Shown here: positions 38,625-47,639 of the stretch, piece by piece
Position numbering within the stretch: the first letter of the stretch is position 1
Layout of the letters: each line of letters begins with the position of its first letter
Assembly: GCA_045647425.1 (NCBI GenBank)
Contig: JAZRMH010000030.1
Location: 18,068 to 82,067, forward strand
Length of the DNA: 64,000 nt
Source: Faecousia sp.
GTDB lineage: Bacteria > Bacillota > Clostridia > Oscillospirales > Oscillospiraceae
Direction: 5' to 3'
The notes under the pieces: generated by a model
What the model was told of the DNA's origin: nothing
The model's input: only the letters and a program-made list of their open reading frames with translations
The model's database searches: none
Program-made: the position numbers and the translations under genes

Positions 38625-40066
38625 AAATAGCCATCCTAGCGTCGGAAGGTGCGCCGTACATCAAGTCCGGCGGGCTGGGCGATGTGATGGAAGCGCTTCC
38701 TTCGGCACTGGCGAGAATCCCCGGAAACGAAGTGGTGCTGATATTACCCTACTATAAAAAAATATTAGAAAATGATCGGTATTCGGTGGAATTTGTCACC
38801 TGCTTCGACACCCAACTTGGGTGGCGTCAGCAGTACACCGGCGTGTTGAAACTGAAAAACCGCAACGACGGTGTGCAGGTGTACTTTTTGGACAATCTGT
38901 ATTACTTCGGCAACCGCCCCGGGGCAATTTACGGGGATATGGACGACGGAGAACGGTTCGCCTATTTTTCCAAGGCTTGTTTGGAAACCCTGAAACGCCT
39001 GAATTTTATTCCCGATGTGATTCAGTGTAACGACTGGCAAACCGGATTGGTGCCGGTGTATTTGGCGGCTCAATATTATCCGGATTTTCCCGGTACCAAG
39101 TGCATGTTCACCATTCACAATGTGGAATATCAGGGCTGGGCAGACCCCTATTTCTTCGACGATGTGCTGGCGCTACCCCATAACTGGCGGGCTTGCCTAG
39201 ACCTAAACGGCGGCGTCAATGTGATGAAGGGGGCAATTGAAACCGCCCACTTAGTCACCACCGTGTCGGAAACTTATGCCGGACAGTTGATGCAGTCTTA
39301 CTATGCCCACGGAATGGAAGGAATTTTGCAAAATGCCGCCGGAAAACTCACTGGTATTACCAACGGCATCGACACCAACACCTTCAACCCCGCTACCGAC
39401 CCTGCGCTGTGCTGTCATTATGATGTGACCAGTTTCGGCAACGGTAAGGCAAAGTGCAAGGCCGCCTTGCAACAAGAAGTCGGGCTGCCTCAAAAGCCGG
39501 ACACGCCCCTTTTGGTGATGGTCACCCGATTGGCGGGGCACAAAGGCTTGGATTTGCTGTGTTATATCGCCGAGAAAATGCTCAATGAGCAGGATTGTCA
39601 GTTGTTGATTTTGGGCACGGGCGAGGCAAAATTTGAGCAGTTCTTCCAAGAGTTGGCAGAGAAATATCCGGACCGTGTGGCGGCGGAAATCACCTTCAAT
39701 TTAGGCCTTGCCTCTCGGATTTACGCCGGCGGTGACATCTATTTGATGCCCTCGAAAAGTGAGCCGTGCGGTTTGAGCCAAATGAACGCCATGCGCTACG
39801 GTACCGTGCCGGTCGTCCACGCCACCGGTGGCTTAAAAGACACCGTGCCCGGGGTAGACGAGATGGGCAGAGGCGGTTTGGGCTTTACCTTCCAAAGTTA
39901 CAATGCCGACGATTTCTATGGTGCAATTTGCCGTGCGGTGGATTTGTACCATCACCGACCCGAGGCATTTTATGGGTTGCAGAAAACCGATATGGAACAG
40001 GATTTCGGTTGGGATAAGCCTGCCGGACGCTATATGGCGCTGTTTCAAAAGATGTTAGGAAATTAA
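38621..40066 (+). CDS. glgA: Glycogen (starch) synthase
   Basis: EGAPYIKSGGLGDV (KxGGL) and a C-terminal SEPCGLSQMNAMRYGTVPV. Confidence 0.93.
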   Translation: MKIAILASEGAPYIKSGGLGDVMEALPSALARIPGNEVVLILPYYKKILENDRYSVEFVTCFDTQLGWRQQYTGVLKLKNRNDGVQVYFLDNLYYFGNRPGAIYGDMDDGERFAYFSKACLETLKRLNFIPDVIQCNDWQTGLVPVYLAAQYYPDFPGTKCMFTIHNVEYQGWADPYFFDDVLALPHNWRACLDLNGGVNVMKGAIETAHLVTTVSETYAGQLMQSYYAHGMEGILQNAAGKLTGITNGIDTNTFNPATDPALCCHYDVTSFGNGKAKCKAALQQEVGLPQKPDTPLLVMVTRLAGHKGLDLLCYIAEKMLNEQDCQLLILGTGEAKFEQFFQELAEKYPDRVAAEITFNLGLASRIYAGGDIYLMPSKSEPCGLSQMNAMRYGTVPVVHATGGLKDTVPGVDEMGRGGLGFTFQSYNADDFYGAICRAVDLYHHRPEAFYGLQKTDMEQDFGWDKPAGRYMALFQKMLGN

Positions 40067-40068
40067 AG

Positions 40069-40095
40069 AAAAATCCCCCTTTTAGGGGGATTTTT
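40069..40095 (+). terminator. Hairpin terminator/attenuator between glgA and the GH13 gene
   Basis: AAAAATCCCCC tttta GGGGGATTTTT, immediately followed by the AGGAG RBS of the next gene. Confidence 0.5.
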
Positions 40096-40105
40096 AGGAG
40101 TAAAT

Positions 40106-41932
40106 ATGCGTATTTTATTCGATTCTAAAAAAACCGAATATAAAAACCCCTTCGGGTGCCTAAAGCCGAAGCAGGAATGCGTGTTGCACATCAAAATACC
40201 CAAGACGGTTCAGACCACCGCAGTGACAGTTGTGGTGACCGGGGAAAACGGCGCACCTTTTTTGGAAGTTCCGATGGCGTTTCTGCAGGCGGAAGAACCG
40301 TATGACATTTGGGAAGGCTTGCTTTCGTTTGCCCAAACCGGATTGTATTTTTACTATTTCCGCATCACCGGACATACCGGCACTTTCCGCCTTTTCAAAT
40401 ATGGGGACGACACCAATATGGAAGACGGTGCCTGCTGGCAGGTCAGTTGTATTCCGGCGGATTTTACAACCCCCGATTGGGCAAAGGGGGGGTTGGTGTA
40501 TCAGGTGTTTCCTGATCGGTTTTATAAATCGGGGGATTGCAACCTGAGAGGAAAACTGGGACCTTATACCGTCCATTCTGATTGGAATGCGGAAGTTTCT
40601 TGGCAACCCAATGAAAAAGGGGAGGTGCTGAACAACGATTTTTACGGCGGTAATTTTCGGGGCATTGCCGAAAAAATGCCTTATATTGCGTCTTTGGGGA
40701 CGACAATTTTGTATCTCAATCCCATTGGCAAGGCTTTTTCCAACCACCGTTACGATACCGGCGACTACAAAACTCCCGATCCTATGCTGGGCACGATGGA
40801 AGACTTTCAAAATCTCTGCCAAACCGCCCACCGCTATGGGATCAAAGTGATTTTGGACGGGGTCTATTCCCATACCGGCGCAGACAGTTTGTATTTTAAT
40901 AAATACGGTTCTTTTGGGCAGGGCGGAGCATATCAGGATGCCCAATCCCCCTTCCGCAGTTGGTACAATTTCCAAAGTTACCCCGACCGTTATGCAAGTT
41001 GGTGGGGCTTTGACACCCTGCCCACGGTGAACAAGTTGGATACGGGGTTCTTGTCCTATATCTTCGATGGGCCGGACAGCGTGGTGGAACATTGGCTCAA
41101 TGCCGGCGCGGACGGTTTTCGCTTAGATGTGGCAGATGAATTGCCCGGTGAATTTTTGCTTCGCCTAAAAACAAAACTGCGAAAACTCAGACCCGACACC
41201 CTACTTATGGGGGAAGTGTGGGAAGATGCGTCCAATAAAATTTCTTATAACCAGCGTTGCCGATACTTTGTAGACGGGGTGTTGGACAGTATTATGAACT
41301 ACCCCTTCCGAACCGCCATTTTGGACTTCTTGTGGGGTCGGGATGACGGCAGAAACCTGAAAAATACCGTGATGACCATTTTGGAAAACTATCCCAAGCA
41401 GGTGGTGCTGTGCAATATGAACTTATTGGGAACTCACGATACCCCTCGGATTTTGACAGCCTTGGTGGACGATTTTCAGGGTAGTCGGGAGGCGTTGGCG
41501 GGACGGACACTTTTCAAGGCTCAAAAAGATTTGGCACAAACAAGGCTGATGTTGGCTACGGTTTTGCAGTATACGCTACCCGGTTGCCCCAGTGTGTATT
41601 ATGGGGATGAAGCAGGCTGTGAAGGGGGCAAAGACCCCTTTAACCGCCGTACCTATCCTTGGGGGCGGGAAAATCAAGATTTACTTGCCCACTACCGCAA
41701 ATTGGGGCAGTTGCGCACAGAAAATTCCGCTTTGCAAATCGGCGATACAGCGTTTTTGCAGGGGGGTGGGGGACGAGTGTCCTTTTCCCGCAAGACGGAA
41801 GACCAAGAGATTCGGATTTATGTAAACCAAAGCGGGGAACCTTGGGAAATTCCCGACGGTAAAATCTTACTCAGCCACAACCAACGAAATAACACCTTAG
41901 ACCCCATGGGTTGGTGTATTGAGGAGATATAA
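40106..41932 (+). CDS. GH13 alpha-amylase-family enzyme (neopullulanase/cyclomaltodextrinase-like) with an N-terminal beta-domain
   Basis: Conserved regions DGVYSHTG, GADGFRLDVADE, MGEVWED and LLGTHDTPR. Confidence 0.85.
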   Translation: MRILFDSKKTEYKNPFGCLKPKQECVLHIKIPKTVQTTAVTVVVTGENGAPFLEVPMAFLQAEEPYDIWEGLLSFAQTGLYFYYFRITGHTGTFRLFKYGDDTNMEDGACWQVSCIPADFTTPDWAKGGLVYQVFPDRFYKSGDCNLRGKLGPYTVHSDWNAEVSWQPNEKGEVLNNDFYGGNFRGIAEKMPYIASLGTTILYLNPIGKAFSNHRYDTGDYKTPDPMLGTMEDFQNLCQTAHRYGIKVILDGVYSHTGADSLYFNKYGSFGQGGAYQDAQSPFRSWYNFQSYPDRYASWWGFDTLPTVNKLDTGFLSYIFDGPDSVVEHWLNAGADGFRLDVADELPGEFLLRLKTKLRKLRPDTLLMGEVWEDASNKISYNQRCRYFVDGVLDSIMNYPFRTAILDFLWGRDDGRNLKNTVMTILENYPKQVVLCNMNLLGTHDTPRILTALVDDFQGSREALAGRTLFKAQKDLAQTRLMLATVLQYTLPGCPSVYYGDEAGCEGGKDPFNRRTYPWGRENQDLLAHYRKLGQLRTENSALQIGDTAFLQGGGGRVSFSRKTEDQEIRIYVNQSGEPWEIPDGKILLSHNQRNNTLDPMGWCIEEI

Positions 41933-41933
41933 A

Positions 41934-42110
41934 ATGGAAAGAGAAGGCTTTTTCACCGGATATTGCCGACAGTTGGACAGCGCCCGCACCGTATGCGCCG
42001 AGGCAGAGGACGGAAAACTCACCGAGGTGGATTGTTGCTATCCTAATTGCAACTATGTGGCGGATTGCCCCATAGCGAAAAATTTGAAAACCTTTGCCGA
42101 AGAAGCCTAA
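41934..42110 (+). CDS. Small cysteine-rich protein (58 aa), function unknown
   Basis: MEREGFFTGYCRQLDSARTVCAEAEDGKLTEVDCCYPNCNYVADCPIA has 7 Cys. GAGGAG lies 7 nt upstream. The start is 2 nt after the GH13 stop. Confidence 0.6.
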   Translation: MEREGFFTGYCRQLDSARTVCAEAEDGKLTEVDCCYPNCNYVADCPIAKNLKTFAEEA

Positions 42111-42112
42111 AA

Positions 42113-42145
42113 AAGGGGCTGTAAAGAATTTCTTTACAGCCCCTT
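42113..42145. terminator. Bidirectional terminator (glg unit / lipid kinase)
   Basis: AAGGGGCTGTAAAGA att TCTTTACAGCCCCTT. Confidence 0.8.
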
Positions 42146-42160
42146 AAATTATGGGGGATA

Positions 42161-43060
42161 TTATTTTTTGTTGCGAATCAGGCGGATGGATTTATGCAGG
42201 CAGTTGATTTCAATGTCGCTATGCCCCATCTCTTTTTCCCCATCCAATGTCCAAGGCAAATCCTCAGGGGCAGAAATTATGAAATGAGAGTCTTTCATAA
42301 AAGTAATCATCGGGCAATCGTATGTCTGCTGTTGCATCGCCCGCACACAGTCTGCCAACTCTAAAATATCCTTGGGGGCGCGGATGAGAAGCAGTTCCAG
42401 TTTGCCGTCTTGCAAGTCCACAAGTTCTTTGGAAAGGCTAAGCACACCGCCAAAGCGGGTGGAATTGCTGACCGCACCGAAGATAAACTCGTCTTCAATT
42501 TCTGTGCCGTCGGTCAGGGTAAACCGCAGGTGATAACTCTTGATTTGGGAAATTTCCTGCATACCGCTTAAAATATAGGCGGCGTGACCGAAGATGTTTT
42601 TCAGTTCTTGGGGGGTGGCGTAACTGGCCTTGGTAAACAGACCGAAGGAAGCCACATAGGAAAAATCCCGCCCGCAAAAACTGCCGGTATCCAATTCGTC
42701 CGGCGTACCCTCTGCAATATCTCGGGCGGCCTGCAAAACATTGCTGGACAGTTCCAAACTGGTGGCAAAGTCATTGGTAGAACCGGCGGGGATATAGCCG
42801 ATGGGAAGCGCCTTGCCACTGGCAATCACGCCGGAAATGGTTTCGTTAAATGTGCCGTCACCGCCACAGCAGACCACCAAATCCAAATCCTCGGCATAAC
42901 GGTTAATCATATGTCTGCCGTCACCGGGTTCTTCGGTGATATGGGTGATGACACTGTATCCTGCCCGATTAAAAATCGTGATAATTTCCAATAAATTCTT
43001 CACGGCCTTTTTCTGTCCGGCCTTGGGGTTGATCAGTAGCAAAAGTTTTTTATCTAACAT
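42161..43060 (-). CDS. Diacylglycerol kinase-family lipid kinase (YegS/DagK-like)
   Basis: LLLINPKAGQ and VVCCGGDGTFNE (GGDGT). Confidence 0.85.
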   Translation of the reverse strand: MLDKKLLLLINPKAGQKKAVKNLLEIITIFNRAGYSVITHITEEPGDGRHMINRYAEDLDLVVCCGGDGTFNETISGVIASGKALPIGYIPAGSTNDFATSLELSSNVLQAARDIAEGTPDELDTGSFCGRDFSYVASFGLFTKASYATPQELKNIFGHAAYILSGMQEISQIKSYHLRFTLTDGTEIEDEFIFGAVSNSTRFGGVLSLSKELVDLQDGKLELLLIRAPKDILELADCVRAMQQQTYDCPMITFMKDSHFIISAPEDLPWTLDGEKEMGHSDIEINCLHKSIRLIRNKK

Positions 43061-43116
43061 AGCCCTTCTCCTGATTGTTTTCTAGGGCTATTATAGCACT
43101 TTTTTTCAAGAAAACA

Positions 43117-43142
43117 AGGCGGCAGACATATGTCTGCCGCCT
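43117..43142 (-). terminator. Terminator of the DUF975-like gene
   Basis: AGGCGGCAGACA ta TGTCTGCCGCCT followed, on the minus strand, by TGTTTTCTT. A TATAAT box for the lipid kinase gene lies at 43090-43095 on the minus strand. Confidence 0.7.
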
Positions 43143-43164
43143 AAATATGTAAATTTATTGGAAA

Positions 43165-43692
43165 TTATTGCTCTTTGTTTTGTACGGGAGCGCCACAACT
43201 TGCGCAGAAAGAAGCACCGAAGGGAACGGGCTTGCCACACTTGGGGCAAATCACAGCCTGAGAAGGTGCGGTGATTTCTTCGTAGAAAGCAGCCTGAATG
43301 AGACCGAAGTACAAAGAAGACAGAGCGGCATAGCCGATGGACAATACCAAACCTGCAAGGGTGAACAAAATACCCAATACGGGGATGGCGGAAAACAGAC
43401 CCAAAACCAAGTATGCAGCAAAGAAAAGCACAACCACCAAAACATCAGCGCCGAACATCTTGCCCTTATAGCCGTAAGTTCTAGCCTCGGAAACCTTGAA
43501 GGCGTCGGTGGCCTTCACATCGGGCTCGGTCATCAAAATGTAGGGGGTCAGACGGTAAGCATAACTTTTGATGATGAAGAAGATAGGGCCGACGATGGGA
43601 ATCAGACCCCACAAGAAGTTCCACAAAGTGGACCAAGCCATACCGCCCAAGACGCGCTTCAAGGTAGCGCCATCTCTGAAGCAGTCAAACAA
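43165..43692 (-). CDS. Membrane protein resembling the C-terminal half of DUF975 proteins, with a C-terminal zinc-ribbon
   Basis: LWNFLWGLIPIVGPIFFIIKSYAYRLTPYILMTEPD is the DUF975-like core. The tail CPKCGKPVPFGASFCASCG is a zinc ribbon. TTG start without an obvious RBS, so the start is uncertain. Confidence 0.55.
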   Translation of the reverse strand: MFDCFRDGATLKRVLGGMAWSTLWNFLWGLIPIVGPIFFIIKSYAYRLTPYILMTEPDVKATDAFKVSEARTYGYKGKMFGADVLVVVLFFAAYLVLGLFSAIPVLGILFTLAGLVLSIGYAALSSLYFGLIQAAFYEEITAPSQAVICPKCGKPVPFGASFCASCGAPVQNKEQ

Positions 43693-43817
43693 CTGGACGG
43701 AATGAACTTCTTCGCCACGGTAGCCGTGAAGGAAGATTGTGTCTTTATTGTAAACAATTTATGAATAGAAGGCAACTCTTTTTTTGACAATTTTCTGATT
43801 ATTTTTGCCGGTGGGCA

Positions 43818-43850
43818 TAAAAAAGCCAAGCAGGCGAAAACCTGCTTGGC
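43818..43850 (-). terminator. upp terminator
   Basis: GCCAAGCAGG (6-nt loop) CCTGCTTGGC followed, on the minus strand, by TTTTTTAT. Confidence 0.8.
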
Positions 43851-43857
43851 AAAAGGA

Positions 43858-44487
43858 TTATTTTGTGCCGAAGATACGGTCGCCGGCATCGCCCAAACCG
43901 GGAACAATGTAGGCGTGGTCGTTGAGTTTTTCGTCCAATGCGGCAAGATAAATGTCCACATCGGGATGGGCTTCCTGCACCTTCTTCACACCCTCGGGTG
44001 CGCCGATGATGTTGAGCATCACGATGTTCTTACAGCCGTGTTGCTTCAAGAAGTTGATAGCCGCCACGGCGCTGCCGCCGGTGGCCAACATGGGGTCTAC
44101 CACGAACACACGGCGGTTGCCGATGTCTTCGGGTAACTTGCAGTAGTATTCCACGGGTTCGTGGGTCTCGGGGTCACGGTATAGACCGATGTGACCGATT
44201 TTTGCAGAGGGAATCAGGTCAACCATAGCGTCCACCATACCCAAGCCTGCCCGCAAAATGGGGATGATTGCCAGTTTCTTACCGGCAAGGCGGCGGCACT
44301 TTGCCACAGCCACGGGGGTCTGCACATCCACCTCAACGGTGGGAAGGGTGCGGGTGGCTTCGTAACACATCAGGCCGGAAATTTCGCTGATGAGTTCGCG
44401 GAATTCCTTAACGCTGGTGTTCTTGCTTCTCAAAATTGCCAACTTATGCTGAATCAGAGGATGGTCCAGTACATGTACTGTGCTCAT
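43858..44487 (-). CDS. upp: Uracil phosphoribosyltransferase
   Basis: [20 protein letters not shown] and [14 protein letters not shown] (PRPP loop). Confidence 0.95.
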   Translation of the reverse strand: MSTVHVLDHPLIQHKLAILRSKNTSVKEFRELISEISGLMCYEATRTLPTVEVDVQTPVAVAKCRRLAGKKLAIIPILRAGLGMVDAMVDLIPSAKIGHIGLYRDPETHEPVEYYCKLPEDIGNRRVFVVDPMLATGGSAVAAINFLKQHGCKNIVMLNIIGAPEGVKKVQEAHPDVDIYLAALDEKLNDHAYIVPGLGDAGDRIFGTK

Positions 44488-44501
44488 AATATCTATCTCC
44501 T

Positions 44502-45203
44502 TTATTTTTGTTCTCGGGCGAGCCGTTCCCGCTCTGCCTGAGAAAGTCTTAAGTAGTTAGGGGTTAACTCTGCGCCGTTGCCGGATGCGCCTTGGGCGAT
44601 TTGCGCTTCTGCCGTCAGAGCCACACCGCTTGCCCGCTGGTGCAACCGATGTTCCGGGGGCAAAACAAGATGGGGAACGTGCTCCTGCAAACTAGTATAA
44701 CACAAATTACTGCCATCGCCAACTAAAAAAATCGGTTCTGCCAAATTTTTTATTTCTTCTTGCAATTCTGTCAGGGCAATGGCGCGGTCTTCACACAAGC
44801 GGGTAAGTTTTCCGTCCTCTGCCCGAAACAGCGCGTTATAAACTTGATTTCGGCGGGCATCCATCACCGCGCAAACAATGCCGTTGTAAATACCCAAAGA
44901 AAGGGCCATCGCTTCCAAGGTGGACACGCCGTATAGGGGCAATTCGCCACCCCAAGCAAAGCCTTTCGCCACCGCCACGCCGATGCGAACGCCGGTAAAA
45001 CTGCCCGGACCTGCCGCCACGGCCACCGCCCCGATGTCCTTGGGGGTGAGGGAGCAACTTTGCAAAAGGGATTGGGCCATGGTCATCACTGTTTGGGAAT
45101 GGGTCAGGCCGGTATTTTGGAAATATTCTCCCAGCAAAACGCCGTCTTCCATGAGCGCCACAGAACCGGCCTTTGCCGAGGTTTCAAAGGCTAATATTTT
45201 CAT
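44502..45203 (-). CDS. tsaB: tRNA t6A37 threonylcarbamoyltransferase complex dimerization subunit TsaB
   Basis: ATG 45203 follows [23 protein letters not shown] and [12 protein letters not shown]. Confidence 0.88.
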   Translation of the reverse strand: MKILAFETSAKAGSVALMEDGVLLGEYFQNTGLTHSQTVMTMAQSLLQSCSLTPKDIGAVAVAAGPGSFTGVRIGVAVAKGFAWGGELPLYGVSTLEAMALSLGIYNGIVCAVMDARRNQVYNALFRAEDGKLTRLCEDRAIALTELQEEIKNLAEPIFLVGDGSNLCYTSLQEHVPHLVLPPEHRLHQRASGVALTAEAQIAQGASGNGAELTPNYLRLSQAERERLAREQK

Positions 45204-45618
45204 AACCGCCTCCCGAAATTGTAATTTTGCGGGTGTCCTCACCCAGTTTTTCTATGCGGATATGCAGAGGGTTTTCTAGGGCATCTGCCACATTTTCGCT
45301 CCATTCCACCGCGCAGACACCGCCCCGCTGAAGATAATCTTCCCAGCCGATATCCCACAGTTCGTCACTGCTTCCCAAGCGGTACATATCAAAGTGAAAA
45401 AGGGGTAGCCGGCCGGACAAGTACTCGTTGACAATGGAGTATGTGGGACTGGTCACCCGTTCCGTTGCCCCCAAACCCCGAGCCAAACCCCGGGTAAAGG
45501 CGGTTTTTCCTGCGCCCAAATCCCCTGCGTAGGCAATCACTGTATTGGGTTTTAAGATATTTCCCAGCCGAAAACCGATTTCCTCTGTTTCTGCCGGATT
45601 GTTGGTCGTATATTCCAT
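45184..45618 (-). CDS. tsaE: tRNA t6A37 ATPase subunit TsaE
   Basis: GDLGAGKTAFTRG P-loop, SPTYSIVNEY and HFDMYRL. Confidence 0.9.
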   Translation of the reverse strand: MEYTTNNPAETEEIGFRLGNILKPNTVIAYAGDLGAGKTAFTRGLARGLGATERVTSPTYSIVNEYLSGRLPLFHFDMYRLGSSDELWDIGWEDYLQRGGVCAVEWSENVADALENPLHIRIEKLGEDTRKITISGGGYENISL

Positions 45619-45629
45619 AATAAATCCTT

Positions 45630-46688
45630 TTATTGGGCGTTTTTTAGTTTTTCGGCTTGGTCGGCAGTGGCAAGGGCGTCGATAATCTCGTCAATGTCCC
45701 CGTCCATTACGCTGTCAATGCGGTAAAGGGTCAAGCCGATGCGGTGGTCGGTGACACGACCTTGGGGGAAATTGTAGGTGCGGATGCGCTCATTGCGCAT
45801 ACCGGTACCTACTTGGCTTCGCCGCATACCCGTGACTTCGCTGCTTAACTTTTCCTGCGCAATTTCATAGAGTTTGGATGCCAGCAGCCGCATACATTTT
45901 TCTCGGTTTTGCACCTGAGAACGCTCTTCTTGGCAGGCAACCACAATCCCCGAGGGTTTGTGAATGAGCCGTACGGCAGAACTTGTTTTGTTGACATGCT
46001 GACCGCCTGCGCCACTGGCGCGGTACACCTGCATCTCGATGTCGGCGGGGTTAATCTGCACATCCACTTCTTCTATTTCCGGAAGCACCGCCACCGTGGC
46101 GGTAGAGGTGTGGACACGGCCGCCGGACTCTGTCTCCGGCACTCGTTGCACCCGATGGACGCCGGACTCGTATTTTAGCCGAGAGTATGCCCCCCGACCG
46201 GAAATCACAAAGTCCGCTTCCTTCACACCCCCCAGTTCCGTGTCGGCGTAGTTCATCAGTTCCACCGACCAACCCTTTTGGGCGGCATACATACTGTACA
46301 TCCGATAAAGAGAGTGGGCAAACAGTGCGCTTTCCTCACCGCCTACACCACCGCGGATTTCCACAATCACATTTTTTTCGTCGTTGGGGTCTTTGGGCAG
46401 GAGAAGAATTTGCAATTTTTCATACAATTCCTCGGAAGCGGTCTTAGCAGATTGAAAAGTTTCCTGACACAGCGCCTTCATTTCCGGATCGGACATCAAC
46501 TCTTGGGCATCGTCCATTTCCTGACGGGCACTTTTATAGGCGGTAAAGGCTTCCACAATGGGCTCTAAGTCATTTTTTTCCCGCAATGTGGCGGCGGCTT
46601 TTTTGGGGTCTGCGTAAAAATCCGGCTGTTCCGAACGGGCGCAGATTTCTTCATAGCGGTTCTGCACCGCTTCCAACTTGTTGAGCAT
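45630..46688 (-). CDS. prfA: Peptide chain release factor 1
   Basis: ATG 46688 follows GGAAAGGAGG. RVQRVPETESGGRVHTS (PxT tripeptide region) and SGAGGQHVNKT (GGQ). Extended -10 TGTTATAAT lies upstream. Confidence 0.93.
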   Translation of the reverse strand: MLNKLEAVQNRYEEICARSEQPDFYADPKKAAATLREKNDLEPIVEAFTAYKSARQEMDDAQELMSDPEMKALCQETFQSAKTASEELYEKLQILLLPKDPNDEKNVIVEIRGGVGGEESALFAHSLYRMYSMYAAQKGWSVELMNYADTELGGVKEADFVISGRGAYSRLKYESGVHRVQRVPETESGGRVHTSTATVAVLPEIEEVDVQINPADIEMQVYRASGAGGQHVNKTSSAVRLIHKPSGIVVACQEERSQVQNREKCMRLLASKLYEIAQEKLSSEVTGMRRSQVGTGMRNERIRTYNFPQGRVTDHRIGLTLYRIDSVMDGDIDEIIDALATADQAEKLKNAQ

Positions 46689-46917
46689 TCCTGCCGCCTC
46701 CTTTCCATACTTATGCCCATTATAACAGTATTTCATAAAAAAGTAAATATTTTGCAACTTAATACTTTTTTAATATTTACCCACTTATTTTCTTCACATT
46801 TACCCGATATAATCAATATCGTGAAAGTTAATGTCACTTTTTCATTTTTCCTCTCCTTTTTCTCTCTCTAAAGCAAAGTCGCAGGTTGCCTGCGACTTTT
46901 GCGATTCTAAAGCATAA

Positions 46918-46960
46918 ATCTGCCACCTCCGGGGTAAATTACCCAAAAGAGGTGGCAGAT
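46918..46960 (+). promoter_or_regulatory. SD-sequestering hairpin immediately before the DUF421 gene start
   Basis: ATCTGCCACCTC (46918-46929) pairs perfectly with GAGGTGGCAGAT (46949-46960). The 3' arm contains the only SD (GAGGTGG). The TTG start is at 46962. Confidence 0.5.
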
Positions 46961-46961
46961 T

Positions 46962-47639
46962 TTGATTTTATCCTACTTGCGTACGATTATTTTGTACTTG
47001 GTGCTCATTGCGGTGATACGGCTGATGGGCAAACGGCAAATCGGACAGATGGAACCGACGGAATTTGTGGTGACCATGCTGGTGGCAAACTTGGCGGCAA
47101 TCCCCATGCAGGATGGGGGTATCCCTTTGTTTTCCGGCTTTGTGCCCATTGTCACGGTGCTGGGGGTGGAGTTGGTGCTTTCCCACTTGTCCTTAAAAAG
47201 CATCAAAATTCGAAAGTTATTGTGCGGAAAACCGGTGATTTTAATTGAAAATGGGAATATTATGCAGGAAAATTTGCGTAAAACCCGTGTCACCATGGAC
47301 GAACTGACCGGACATTTGCGGGAAAAGGATGTGCTGGATGTGACCACGGTGCAGTATGCTATTTTGGAAACCGACGGCAATCTATCCGTGTTTCCTTATC
47401 CCAAAGAACGCCCCGCCACCGCTAAAGAGGCCGGCGTGCAGACGAAAAAGCAGTATATGCCCCTGACGGTGATTTCCGACGGCGCACTGCTCAGGGAAAA
47501 CCTTCAAAAAGCGGGGAAAGACGAAAAGTGGGTGGAAAAAGTGCTCAAAGTACGAAATGCCACGGTCAAGAAGACTTGGTATCTCAGCGTGGACGGGCAG
47601 GATAAAATTGTATTTTATCCCAAGGAGGTGGGCAAATGA
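46962..47639 (+). CDS. DUF421 (YetF-like) membrane protein
   Basis: TIILYLVLIAVIRLMGKRQIGQMEPTEFVV, PVILIENG and ETDGNLSVFPY are typical of YetF/DUF421 proteins. Confidence 0.8.
   Translation: MILSYLRTIILYLVLIAVIRLMGKRQIGQMEPTEFVVTMLVANLAAIPMQDGGIPLFSGFVPIVTVLGVELVLSHLSLKSIKIRKLLCGKPVILIENGNIMQENLRKTRVTMDELTGHLREKDVLDVTTVQYAILETDGNLSVFPYPKERPATAKEAGVQTKKQYMPLTVISDGALLRENLQKAGKDEKWVEKVLKVRNATVKKTWYLSVDGQDKIVFYPKEVGK

Noticed and set aside
45630-46757. A programmed +1 frameshift (prfB-type) or the long 375-aa version of the release factor ORF.
   Set aside because: The protein is RF1-type (PxT region RVPETES, no SPF) and RF1 genes are not frameshift-regulated. The 5' 23 codons of the tracked ORF overlap the promoter (TGTTATAAT) and precede a strong RBS for ATG 46688.
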